DNA from: a virus
Lineage: Duplodnaviria; Caudoviricetes
Virus record (IMG/VR): IMGVR_UViG_3300005805_000485
Coordinates: 1-24,170 of that record
DNA: 24,170 bases
Strand: one strand, 5' to 3'
Shown here in pieces: positions 14,447-23,511 of this stretch (the stretch's first letter is position 1; each line of letters opens with the position of its first letter). The position numbers were made by a program, and so were the translations under genes. Under the pieces are notes generated by a model, which was not told the DNA's origin, did no database searches, and saw only the letters and a program-made list of their open reading frames with translations.

Positions 14447-14926
14447 TTAGTTCACCACGCCATCTGATCTAACTAGGAATAATAAGAAGATAATCATATC
14501 TTGAGCGGGAGTTGATCCTGAAGCTGGGAATGAAATTTTAATGCGACCTGAAAAGCCTACACAGTTTTGAGCATTAATATCTAATTGTGGATCGGTAGAA
14601 ATAACTGACCATGTAGATTCGTCTATTTCTAAAGTAAATGTGCCTGCGGCATCAACGCGATTAGATATAGTTAATGAAACAGGGGATGGTGGTGGAGTGT
14701 AATCAGCAATATCAAAAGTTAATCCATAACGACTATCTCGAATATTAGATAATTGCCTACGGATAATAGATGCATCAATAGTCGCGCCTGTAAGATTAAC
14801 AGGTGCGCCATTGCTATTGAATGCTAAATTCCAAAAGGTTTTTTGATTATAAACAAGTTCGCCTGCAATGATCTCATTATCAAAGCCTGATACTTGTTGA
14901 AGTGTATTTTTATTAAAGATAGCCAT
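14447..14926 (-). CDS. Virion structural protein, BppU/Ig-like adaptor-like
   Basis: 'PVNLTGATI.ASI.R' and 'DAAGTFTL.I' patterns seen in baseplate-upper-like adaptor domains. GAGGA SD; precedes the fibre gene. Confidence 0.5.
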   Translation of the reverse strand: MAIFNKNTLQQVSGFDNEIIAGELVYNQKTFWNLAFNSNGAPVNLTGATIDASIIRRQLSNIRDSRYGLTFDIADYTPPPSPVSLTISNRVDAAGTFTLEIDESTWSVISTDPQLDINAQNCVGFSGRIKISFPASGSTPAQDMIIFLLFLVRSDGVVN

Positions 14927-14985
14927 ATTTTCCTCACTAGGTTAATGACGCAAGCATCTTACTGACGCAATGCGATGGTCTTATC

Positions 14986-15447
14986 TTATTGCCAATTTTG
15001 TGTGTTTAAAACTTCTATTAATGCTTCAACATCTTTAACTGCATTAATATCAGTTTCAAGTCTATTTGATTCTGCAATTATAGCATTTCTTTTATCTTGA
15101 ATGTCTGTAGGAATATCAATATTTCTTTCTAATTTACGAATGACATACCAATCAGATTGTGCTAATAATTTATTAGTTGTATCTTTAATTTGTGCGACAA
15201 ATTGTGATTTAAGGCCTTTTGTTACTGATCCATCTTCCTCATCTTTATCATCTAAAGCTTTAGGCAACCCAGCATCCCAATAAAATCTAGTATCAAAAAT
15301 TTCAGGATCAGAAACTTCAGTAATACCAATTGCTTCTTTTTCCTCTGCGCTTGAAAGGTTTAACCAATTAGCTGGATATTGATTGCCATCTTTATCTGTA
15401 AAAGCTACACCTTGTTGAATTGTTTTTCCGTCTAGTAAAAAAGCCAT
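14986..15447 (-). CDS. Tail fibre assembly chaperone
   Basis: QYPANWL N-terminus and LLAQSDWYVIR...R..I C-terminal motif of phage tail assembly chaperones; directly downstream of the fibre gene. Confidence 0.75.
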   Translation of the reverse strand: MAFLLDGKTIQQGVAFTDKDGNQYPANWLNLSSAEEKEAIGITEVSDPEIFDTRFYWDAGLPKALDDKDEEDGSVTKGLKSQFVAQIKDTTNKLLAQSDWYVIRKLERNIDIPTDIQDKRNAIIAESNRLETDINAVKDVEALIEVLNTQNWQ

Positions 15448-15465
15448 AATGTTTTCCTTTGTTAA

Positions 15466-17904
15466 TTATCTTGCGAGTGCGTTTTTAAATGGGTTTTCTG
15501 CGAAGGCTGCATAAATGTATGTTGCACTTGATGTATTTGTTAATCCTGATGACCCTCTTAATTTAAAACCATTTGACAAAATATCAATAGGATTTAAAGT
15601 AGTAGTAGATTCTGCATTAGTTAAATTAGGATGCAATAATAAATTAGTTACATTATATGTATTCCTAACAGTATCGTATGTAACCCAATTTTCTCCAGAC
15701 GCACTTGATTGTTTAATTATAATAAATTTAGGTATAAATCCAAGATACACAAATACACCATCTGTAGAGCCATTACCTGTGTAAGAACCAAATTTACTAA
15801 ACCCTGCTATTTCTGCCCAGCAATAGGCTACATAAGTATCGCCACTCTTGTTTGTGTTACCAAATGTATCAGCACCTAAAGAAAATACTGTTGATGTTGG
15901 CACAGTTCCATTCCATCTATTGTTGTTTGTGCTAGCGCCTGAAGTGTCGTTCAATGTTAAATACTGACTACCTGTTAATGTTGTATGCCATACATTCCAA
16001 TTACCATAAGTGCCTTGAACTCTATTTTTAACAATAAACATTTTAGGTGCAACGCCAAGCCCATGACCTACTGTAGCACCAGCAGTTCCATTACCTGTAT
16101 AAGTCACAATACTAAACCCAGCAGTTGTGTTTACTCTTACTTGTGATGAGATAGAACCGCTAGTGTTTGTAACTGTTGATGAACCAGCATTCCATTGCCA
16201 AGCTACAAAATTTCTTGAACCAGTTCCAATTCCATTTGTCACTCCAGCTGTGCTTGTATCTGTTCCTAAAGTGAATCCATTCGAATTTAAAGATAAAACA
16301 CCAGTTCCTGCATTTGATGTGGCTTCCGCATTAGTCAAATCTGTGTTAATAACCTTGCTTGACCCTCGAACAAAATCTACAACTACATGACTTGCAGCAG
16401 CATTTCTTAATTTTATCCAAAGCATATCAGGTGCAAAACTACCTGCATTTGTAACAGAAAACCCAGTTGTTGCTCCATTATATAAAGTAGCATCCATATA
16501 GCTATTACCTTTTACAATAGCGCTTGTAGGAAGGTTAAATGTGTTTAGTGCTACAAAGCCTGATGGTGGTGTGTATGAAAATGGTTGTTGTCCAAAGTTC
16601 ATAGCAAAAACAACACTACCGCTACCAGTAGCAACAGCAGGTGATATAGGAGTGTTAGTAGGTATATTTGTTGCTACCGCACCTGTGCCTGATGCTGGAA
16701 CAGCACTATTTTGCCAAGTTCCGTTTTTAGATACATATAATCTTCCTGCATCTAAATCTAAACAAAAACCTAAAACATCACCAGCAACATAAGTGGAAAC
16801 AGTTGATAAATTGCCATTAGAGCCGTTATATATATTTCCTGTATTACTTTCCCATCTCCACCCAGCTGTGTCTGCCGCAAAGTCTGTAGATGCTACATTT
16901 GTATTTTGCACTCCTAATCTAGCAAAAGAGCCACTTGTCCAAGTAACTTCCCAATACCATTTTCCACTAGATGGATAAATAGTAGCTAATGCAGGTGTTT
17001 GGTTAGCAGTTGCACAAGAAACAGATAAATTTCCGTTTGTATAAGAAACGGATGCAGGTGCAGGCATTTTAAGTGGATTTAAAGTAGCATAATTAGCTTG
17101 TGTTGCACTTGTGAGCGTAGGAACATCTCTCATAGCATCATAAGTAACGCCTGATGTTACAGATATGTTATTAGTATTCCAATAATTTCCGTTACCTGAA
17201 AAGTCTTTACCTAAACCTGTGTTAGAACCTGAAGTAAGAGCTATGTCAGTAAAGTTTAAATAAAATCCATTAGTGCCATAAGTGCCTGTGTAACGAGCTG
17301 GTTGCCATACGCCTGTAATTGAATTAAATGAGCCGAATGATGATGGTGTAAGAGCTTGGCCATCAATGAAATTGATTTCACCCATGTAGCCGTCAAAAAA
17401 TGCACTTGAGCTTGTATTTGCATATTGAGCTGAAATATTATGAACTAAATTATTATTAATAGATGCTTCAGCATTTTGAGCTGGATAATTAGCTGTGTTA
17501 AAAGCAGTTATTTGATTGCCATTTACATAAATTTTAACTCTATTAGATGCAGTCGCTTGAGTTGTATCTACTGCTAAAACTAAATGATACCAAGATGAAA
17601 TATCTCTATATACAGGTGTTGATTCAATATTTACGGATGTCGCACCGCCTTGATAAAATGAAAGAGTATCGCTTTTAATTCTAAAGCCGTCATAAGTAGG
17701 TGAAGTTGTTCCTGCATTAAATAAAGACATATCAGAGCCACCACCATTTAAAGCCCCCCGTTTTACCCAACCTGACCATGTCCATGTTCTTCTATTGCCA
17801 GCACTTGCTGGTGTTCTTGACAAAAAAGCACTAGCACTACTTCTAAATCTTAAAGAATTAGTTAAGTTATATCCTGATGGGCCATTGGCACTATAATTTA
17901 GCAT
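15466..17904 (-). CDS. Tail fibre / receptor-binding protein with concanavalin A-like (LamG) and SPRY domains
   Basis: NSLRF...WTWSGWVKR...WYHLVLAVDT (LamG-like); SGKWYWEV...GFCLDLDAG...NFGQ (SPRY); repeated YTGNG...HGLG..P modules; ends in AFAENPFK. Confidence 0.82.
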   Translation of the reverse strand: MLNYSANGPSGYNLTNSLRFRSSASAFLSRTPASAGNRRTWTWSGWVKRGALNGGGSDMSLFNAGTTSPTYDGFRIKSDTLSFYQGGATSVNIESTPVYRDISSWYHLVLAVDTTQATASNRVKIYVNGNQITAFNTANYPAQNAEASINNNLVHNISAQYANTSSSAFFDGYMGEINFIDGQALTPSSFGSFNSITGVWQPARYTGTYGTNGFYLNFTDIALTSGSNTGLGKDFSGNGNYWNTNNISVTSGVTYDAMRDVPTLTSATQANYATLNPLKMPAPASVSYTNGNLSVSCATANQTPALATIYPSSGKWYWEVTWTSGSFARLGVQNTNVASTDFAADTAGWRWESNTGNIYNGSNGNLSTVSTYVAGDVLGFCLDLDAGRLYVSKNGTWQNSAVPASGTGAVATNIPTNTPISPAVATGSGSVVFAMNFGQQPFSYTPPSGFVALNTFNLPTSAIVKGNSYMDATLYNGATTGFSVTNAGSFAPDMLWIKLRNAAASHVVVDFVRGSSKVINTDLTNAEATSNAGTGVLSLNSNGFTLGTDTSTAGVTNGIGTGSRNFVAWQWNAGSSTVTNTSGSISSQVRVNTTAGFSIVTYTGNGTAGATVGHGLGVAPKMFIVKNRVQGTYGNWNVWHTTLTGSQYLTLNDTSGASTNNNRWNGTVPTSTVFSLGADTFGNTNKSGDTYVAYCWAEIAGFSKFGSYTGNGSTDGVFVYLGFIPKFIIIKQSSASGENWVTYDTVRNTYNVTNLLLHPNLTNAESTTTLNPIDILSNGFKLRGSSGLTNTSSATYIYAAFAENPFKNALAR

Positions 17905-17927
17905 TGTATTATCCTTTTAAGTTTGTC

Positions 17928-18425
17928 TTATGCAACACCGAGTGATCGACCTTGTTCGTATAGATTTGTGCCGTCTGATCTAAATACAAAATAATCTCTT
18001 GCGGCCGCACCTGTTGACAATGTAGGGGCTACGCCACCTGTCCATTTAAATACAGAGTTCCAAGTTAAAGTATTAGAGCCAGCATTTTGAATAACTGCTA
18101 GGGCATAAAAAGCACCATTCACTAATCCTGTAGGTGCGCCCATAGTTCTATTATTAGATACAAAAGTAAAAGTTGCGGTTTGAGCAGTATTAGCCGCCCA
18201 TGAAATTGTAGCCGCATCGGTTAGGGCTACATTACCAAAATATTGTTGAGCAGTAAAATTAGTTGCAGTTCCAGGTGCAACATAGTTTGTGCCAGCTACC
18301 CATGATGAAGAGCCTGTGCCACCATTAGCGGTTGGTAAGATACCTGTAACGCCTGTCGTTAAACTTGCTAATCCACTCGAATTAACATTATTTGCAAACT
18401 GACTTAAATTAAAGGCTTGTGTCAT
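17928..18425 (-). CDS. Tail fibre-associated structural protein
   Basis: LPTANGGTG motif and 'LTDAATISW...TLTWNSVFKW.GG.APTLST...D.F.F.SDGTNLY' domain typical of aquatic phage fibre proteins. Confidence 0.65.
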   Translation of the reverse strand: MTQAFNLSQFANNVNSSGLASLTTGVTGILPTANGGTGSSSWVAGTNYVAPGTATNFTAQQYFGNVALTDAATISWAANTAQTATFTFVSNNRTMGAPTGLVNGAFYALAVIQNAGSNTLTWNSVFKWTGGVAPTLSTGAAARDYFVFRSDGTNLYEQGRSLGVA

Positions 18426-18435
18426 TTATTTCCCC

Positions 18436-21400
18436 TTATGCCGCACCTACGCGAGCGAATGATTGTTGTTGTAAAACAGTTGTATTGTTATTCGGTGTAT
18501 TAGTCAAAGTATAACTTCCTGTAGTTGAAGTGTAATCAACTGAACCTTTATATAATACACCATTTGCATAGATATTTAAAGCTCCACTTGTAAAACTAAA
18601 GCTATAATTAGTTTGTCCAACATTAGTAAAATTAACAATATTTACAGGGCTTCCCGTAGGTGTTGTTGTATTATTTCCACTAAATTGAATAATGACTAAT
18701 TTGCCTGAAGTTGTTGATGGTAAATTAGAATAAGTATTGCCTACAATATCATAGTCTTGATCAGGAACAATTGTGCCATTCATAAATGGTATTTCATAGC
18801 CTGATTCAAAAGCCCATTCAGTAGGTGTGTAATCTGAAGCATTAGTTAAATCTGCTTCATATCGACTAAATACAGGATATGAATGATTAGCATCGCGATG
18901 AGAATATATGCTATTTCCAATAGAAGCCGTAACGGATGTGGTAAATGTAATTTGTCTAGTTGTATAATTCACACTTGATACTATGTAATTTGTAGGTGTG
19001 CCAACATTAGTAAATGTTAATTGATCGCCAACATTAATAAGTTGAAATGGTAATTGTGAAGATTCATAAGTAACTACATTAGAAGCTATATTTTCAACAA
19101 CCAAATAAGTTGGCGCATAATATTTACTATCTGAAATAGCGCGCATAGATATACAAGTAACAATATCATTTAATTTTGCACCTACATTTAAAGTAAATGT
19201 GGTGTTAGTTTCTGTGTAGTCTGAAGTTGATAATAATATACCATTTAAGAATATTAAATCTTGGCCTGTGATATAACCACCTGTTCCTGTTTGACGAGTG
19301 CTTGGAGTAAATAAAGTTTGACCAGCCGTAGCCGTAAATGTATCAATAGTCATAAAGAATTCATCAGGTGTTGTAAACCCAACAACTCGACCATAAATAT
19401 CAATAGTTAATGTTGAAGCTGATCCTGTTTTAGTTGTAGGGCCACCAAAATCCAAGAACTGATCTAATGATGCAACAACTTGACCATCGCCTGTATTAAT
19501 AACTCTAATCTGACCTGTGCCTGTTGTTGTCGTTCCTGTGCCAATAAATTGACCTGTAGTAGGCTGAAGATCAATAATATTTGTGCCATCTTCCAAAGCT
19601 GACCATAATTTAGGATCAAATTTAGAAGTGGTTGTTGGCACGAATGCGCCTGATCCTGAAGCGTATGTAGCAAAGTCTGTATCAAAACTAAAAGTTTGAT
19701 TTTGACGATTAGCATAGATTAAATAGATATTTGTGCCAAAAGCGGGATCAGCTAAATACCATTGATAATCTGCTGGGTTTGTAGATGGTGTTGTTGAGCT
19801 TTGATTAGCAATACCATAATAAAGCCTATTTCTAGGATTTAAATTAAAGTTAGATGTCCCTGTAATATTATCAGCATAAGCTATTGATAAATATTGATTA
19901 GGATATTGGAATGTTCTAGGTCGCCATGAAAATTTAGTAGAAGCTAAACTGTAATTACTTTTTGCCAAACTATTAACCATACGGCTAAAGAAATAATAAT
20001 CACCTGCTGGAATAGCTGATAATTGAACTGAAGGCATTGTAAAATTAATAGTATAAGGATTGCCATTAGATTGAATGGCCGTTGTTCCGCCAAATATATA
20101 TTGATCAGGTGTTGGATATTGATAAGCTGAATACCAAATTTCAGCATATTGTGTAATGCCAGCGCTTGATGTTGTAGCCGTTAAAAATATAGTTGGAATT
20201 GTAATAGATGGAAATGATGCAGTAACAACAGGCGGTGGAACTGTTCCAAAAGTGGTAGGGCTACCAATACCTGTATCAGGGCTTGGTGTAAATTCTGTAA
20301 CATTTACATCGTCATAAACCGATGCATTAAATTCCATTAAATAAAGTGTGGCAGTAATTTTTCCATCATCATCAAACTTTTGTATAACTTTGCCTATTCT
20401 AAATAATTTAGCTACCCATCCATAATTAGCATTAGTTACAGTAACAATATCGCCAGCTTCTAATTGAAGCCCTGTAAAATTAATTTCTACTTGTATTTGT
20501 AAATCTTCTCTTGCCGCTTCAAGCATTCGATTAGCAAGGTATTGAGCTTGAACATTGCTATTAACTAAATAAAGATTAACTGATTGTTTATTGACAGGCT
20601 CATTAGCAAATAAAAGGCTAGGATTAACAACGGATAAATCGAAAGTGGCAGAATTAAAACTATCCTTTGCAGTTCCATCAGGAAATTTACATTCAATAAT
20701 ATTAAATGAATTATTGAGATCAATAGGGCTTACAGTAATGCCACCAATCATATTAGTGTCATTAATATCCATAGCAACAGTATATGCTGGCGTTTGTGTT
20801 ATAACACCCCATTGGCCTGTAATTTCATTATATTTAACCAAGCAATCGCAACAGTCCGCCATCGCCTGAATGTTTTGCATGATTTTTAAATTCGTATCTA
20901 AAGTGCCATTAAATCTAAATCTTGGTTGTGTAGAAGTGCCACCGCTAAAATTAGTGTATGTAAAAGATTGAGCAGAATAAGTATTAAGTGTATTTAAACT
21001 TGTAGTATTAATATTTGCTAAAGGAATGGCCGCGCCATATCTTTCACTTGTTAAATAATCTAAAAAGCAATCGCCTGGCGCTGATCTTGAGTTAATTACT
21101 TGGAATCTAGTTTGATTTAATGAAGTTAAATTTCTATCTGCATTATATTTAAGATGGACAATTGCAAAAGCGCAAGAACTCATTAATTTTGAGCTATTCC
21201 ACTTATAAACAAGATTAGGTTCGCTTAATACAGATATGGCACTTGTAGATGTATTAGTTGGTGCATTAGAGCCATTTCTATAAAGCCATATATCCATATA
21301 GCCTGAAACATCTTGAGTTTCGTTTGTAGATTCATCTAATAATCCTGTAACTGATGCCCCTGATCCAAATATAACTCTTTTACCACCCCAATATATATTT

Positions 21401-21813
21401 CCAAAAGTAATGGTATCAGGCGTGCCACCTGATTCAGAATTAGTTACTTCAGATAAAGCTATTACCCAATATATATCTTGATTGTCATTAGATATTGTCA
21501 AATCTGTAACAATACCGCCTACATAAGCTGATCCATAAATAACAGGAAGTTTATTGTCGCCAGCAGGTGGAAGTTGTTGGCGATTGCCAGGATTGGGTTG
21601 TTGAGCATTAAGATTATCTTGGCCAGGCATACTAGGCGCAAACATTTTAGAAACAATAGATGATGCAACCATATTAACTGCGAAAGCCACTACTTGACCA
21701 ACTATAGTTGCGGCAAAAGCTTTGCCTGCAACTGCGGCAACAATAGCTCCGCCAGCATAAGCGTTATCGCAAATCGTAAAAAATAAAATAAAATTGATTA
21801 TAAAATCAATCAT
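18436..21813 (-). CDS. Tail tip / host-specificity protein (J-like central tail protein)
   Basis: 1125 aa; LPVIYG, DYLTSERYGA, 'LQLEAGDIVTVT...FRI' motifs of phage tail-tip proteins; position after TMP, distal tail and hub genes. Confidence 0.82.
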   Translation of the reverse strand: MIDFIINFILFFTICDNAYAGGAIVAAVAGKAFAATIVGQVVAFAVNMVASSIVSKMFAPSMPGQDNLNAQQPNPGNRQQLPPAGDNKLPVIYGSAYVGGIVTDLTISNDNQDIYWVIALSEVTNSESGGTPDTITFGNIYWGGKRVIFGSGASVTGLLDESTNETQDVSGYMDIWLYRNGSNAPTNTSTSAISVLSEPNLVYKWNSSKLMSSCAFAIVHLKYNADRNLTSLNQTRFQVINSRSAPGDCFLDYLTSERYGAAIPLANINTTSLNTLNTYSAQSFTYTNFSGGTSTQPRFRFNGTLDTNLKIMQNIQAMADCCDCLVKYNEITGQWGVITQTPAYTVAMDINDTNMIGGITVSPIDLNNSFNIIECKFPDGTAKDSFNSATFDLSVVNPSLLFANEPVNKQSVNLYLVNSNVQAQYLANRMLEAAREDLQIQVEINFTGLQLEAGDIVTVTNANYGWVAKLFRIGKVIQKFDDDGKITATLYLMEFNASVYDDVNVTEFTPSPDTGIGSPTTFGTVPPPVVTASFPSITIPTIFLTATTSSAGITQYAEIWYSAYQYPTPDQYIFGGTTAIQSNGNPYTINFTMPSVQLSAIPAGDYYFFSRMVNSLAKSNYSLASTKFSWRPRTFQYPNQYLSIAYADNITGTSNFNLNPRNRLYYGIANQSSTTPSTNPADYQWYLADPAFGTNIYLIYANRQNQTFSFDTDFATYASGSGAFVPTTTSKFDPKLWSALEDGTNIIDLQPTTGQFIGTGTTTTGTGQIRVINTGDGQVVASLDQFLDFGGPTTKTGSASTLTIDIYGRVVGFTTPDEFFMTIDTFTATAGQTLFTPSTRQTGTGGYITGQDLIFLNGILLSTSDYTETNTTFTLNVGAKLNDIVTCISMRAISDSKYYAPTYLVVENIASNVVTYESSQLPFQLINVGDQLTFTNVGTPTNYIVSSVNYTTRQITFTTSVTASIGNSIYSHRDANHSYPVFSRYEADLTNASDYTPTEWAFESGYEIPFMNGTIVPDQDYDIVGNTYSNLPSTTSGKLVIIQFSGNNTTTPTGSPVNIVNFTNVGQTNYSFSFTSGALNIYANGVLYKGSVDYTSTTGSYTLTNTPNNNTTVLQQQSFARVGAA

Positions 21814-22235
21814 TTAATTTCCCAATGTTGTTCTAATTTAACCATACCAAATCTTTCAAACCCTAAATCTTTATAGGAAGCCATAATAGCTTGAGTTACT
21901 TCACCTTTATTTATCATTTCTTTTGCTATTCTTATATATTCTTTTATTAATCTAACAACAACAAATTTATTATTTCCTGTCAGCATAACCTCTTGTAATT
22001 GCCAAACATTTTTTAACCAAAAAGATTCTGTTTTAGCAACTACTAATATATCAGTTTGATTATGATCAATTAATATAAAACCATGTCCAGCATATAAAGT
22101 AGCTAATATTTGTTCAACATAAGTTTTTGACCAAACTAAAGGATTATTAGTTATTGGATTATTTGATTTAATCGCAAAGTCCTTTAAAAGCTCTATTATC
22201 TTATCGTTATCGTATTTATTGGCAAATCTAATCAA
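21810..22235 (-). CDS. Hypothetical protein, GNAT-like N-terminus
   Basis: MIRFANKYDNDKIIELL start and 'FERFG' near the C-terminus resemble GNAT-fold ends; canonical acetyl-CoA-binding motif A not evident. Confidence 0.5.
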   Translation of the reverse strand: MIRFANKYDNDKIIELLKDFAIKSNNPITNNPLVWSKTYVEQILATLYAGHGFILIDHNQTDILVVAKTESFWLKNVWQLQEVMLTGNNKFVVVRLIKEYIRIAKEMINKGEVTQAIMASYKDLGFERFGMVKLEQHWEIK

Positions 22236-22825
22236 GTATCTTTTCCAAAGGCATAATTAATGGTTTCAATAAAATTAACTCTATTCATAGATGTATCGCC
22301 ACTATTCCAAAATGTCCATGCATTATTATTGGTATAACGACCAGCCGTTCTATTTTGTAAAATGATTTGTATGCTAGATGCTGAAGCGGTTATAACACCA
22401 ACATACTCTCTAGCTTCTTCCATGTATTGCTCTGATATTTGAAATGATGATATGTAGCCTGTAAAAAATTTATAAAGGCCACCTGTGCCGCCTGTAGTGA
22501 TTAATTCATTTTGATCATTAAAAAATCCATGCCACATTTCAATTAAAGAGCCTTTAATATCATGGCCTAATACCCATCCCAAAAGTGCGGTATCTATTCC
22601 AACTAAAGTAATTGAAGTTTCATTAGAAGTTGATTTAATATCGCGTTGAACATCGCTAATTTTAATGAGCGATCCTAATGCGTCAAAGGGTTGAGAATCA
22701 ACGGCTGGAATAGTAAGAACGGAAGGTGTAGTTGCAAAACGATAAGTAGCAGTAGCAGTCGTAACTCTTACGAAATCTGCCATCCTTATATTATTAGTAT
22801 TTTGTAGTGGAACTATATTATCCAT
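22232..22825 (-). CDS. Minor tail (hub / gpL-like) protein
   Basis: Position after the distal tail gene; 'ALGSL..IS', 'F.GYI' and 'R.T...W...GD' pattern typical of siphophage hub proteins. Confidence 0.6.
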   Translation of the reverse strand: MDNIVPLQNTNNIRMADFVRVTTATATYRFATTPSVLTIPAVDSQPFDALGSLIKISDVQRDIKSTSNETSITLVGIDTALLGWVLGHDIKGSLIEMWHGFFNDQNELITTGGTGGLYKFFTGYISSFQISEQYMEEAREYVGVITASASSIQIILQNRTAGRYTNNNAWTFWNSGDTSMNRVNFIETINYAFGKDT

Positions 22826-23508
22826 TATAAAACCGCTTCTATCGCCTTAAATGTTCCATTCCAATTTATGAAAGAATCATTAGTCATTGGAACAAATGTA
22901 TATGTTGGGTATTCTTGAAGTATAACAGGAAAAGTTACTCCAATATAAGTATTGCCACCTAATGATTGTGTAATGCCATATTGACCTATAACTGCACTCA
23001 TAGGGCTTGTAAGTGTTGTCATAATAGTTCTATGAACAGGAATATTAACAGTTGAGCCGCCACCTCTTTGAACATCAGCAGTTGCTATATAAGCATAGCG
23101 ATTAATTTGTAAAAAATCGCCAGCCTTTACAATATATTCAGTAGAACCCATTGTAGGAAGTGATCCTAATACAATAGTTTTATTAGCTGAAGATGTTTCA
23201 TATTGGCAAGCTGAAATTTGAGCGGAACTCATATTGCCTTGATAAGCAATATAATTCCACCAACCTGTTGAACCAAAATTAAGATATTGTTCGAATTGAC
23301 GATCCGCTGAACGCAAGGTTGATAGTAATGTTCTATTTTGACTATAAAGCAAATAATTCATTGGCTTCATATCAAACATAAAAGGTTGAACAGTTAAAAT
23401 TTCGGATGTTGCAATGCGCTGATTACGGCTTAATGTTTGACCAATAAAACGATGATCATTAATACCGACTGATTCTGAAACTGCTAATATTTGATTTAAA
23501 GTAGCCAT
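22825..23508 (-). CDS. Distal tail protein (Dit-like)
   Basis: Immediately downstream of the tape measure gene; 'KAGDFLQI' insertion domain; ends in F..IEAVL. Confidence 0.6.
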   Translation of the reverse strand: MATLNQILAVSESVGINDHRFIGQTLSRNQRIATSEILTVQPFMFDMKPMNYLLYSQNRTLLSTLRSADRQFEQYLNFGSTGWWNYIAYQGNMSSAQISACQYETSSANKTIVLGSLPTMGSTEYIVKAGDFLQINRYAYIATADVQRGGGSTVNIPVHRTIMTTLTSPMSAVIGQYGITQSLGGNTYIGVTFPVILQEYPTYTFVPMTNDSFINWNGTFKAIEAVL

Positions 23509-23511
23509 ATA

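Noticed and set aside
15466-21813. Diversity-generating retroelement or invertible tail-fibre cassette
   Set aside because: No reverse transcriptase, invertase, or template/variable repeat pair seen in the window.
21750-21813. Signal peptide on the tail-tip protein (MIDFIINFILFFTICDNAYA)
   Set aside because: No basic n-region, and hydrophobic N-termini are common in tail-tip proteins; insufficient evidence for export.
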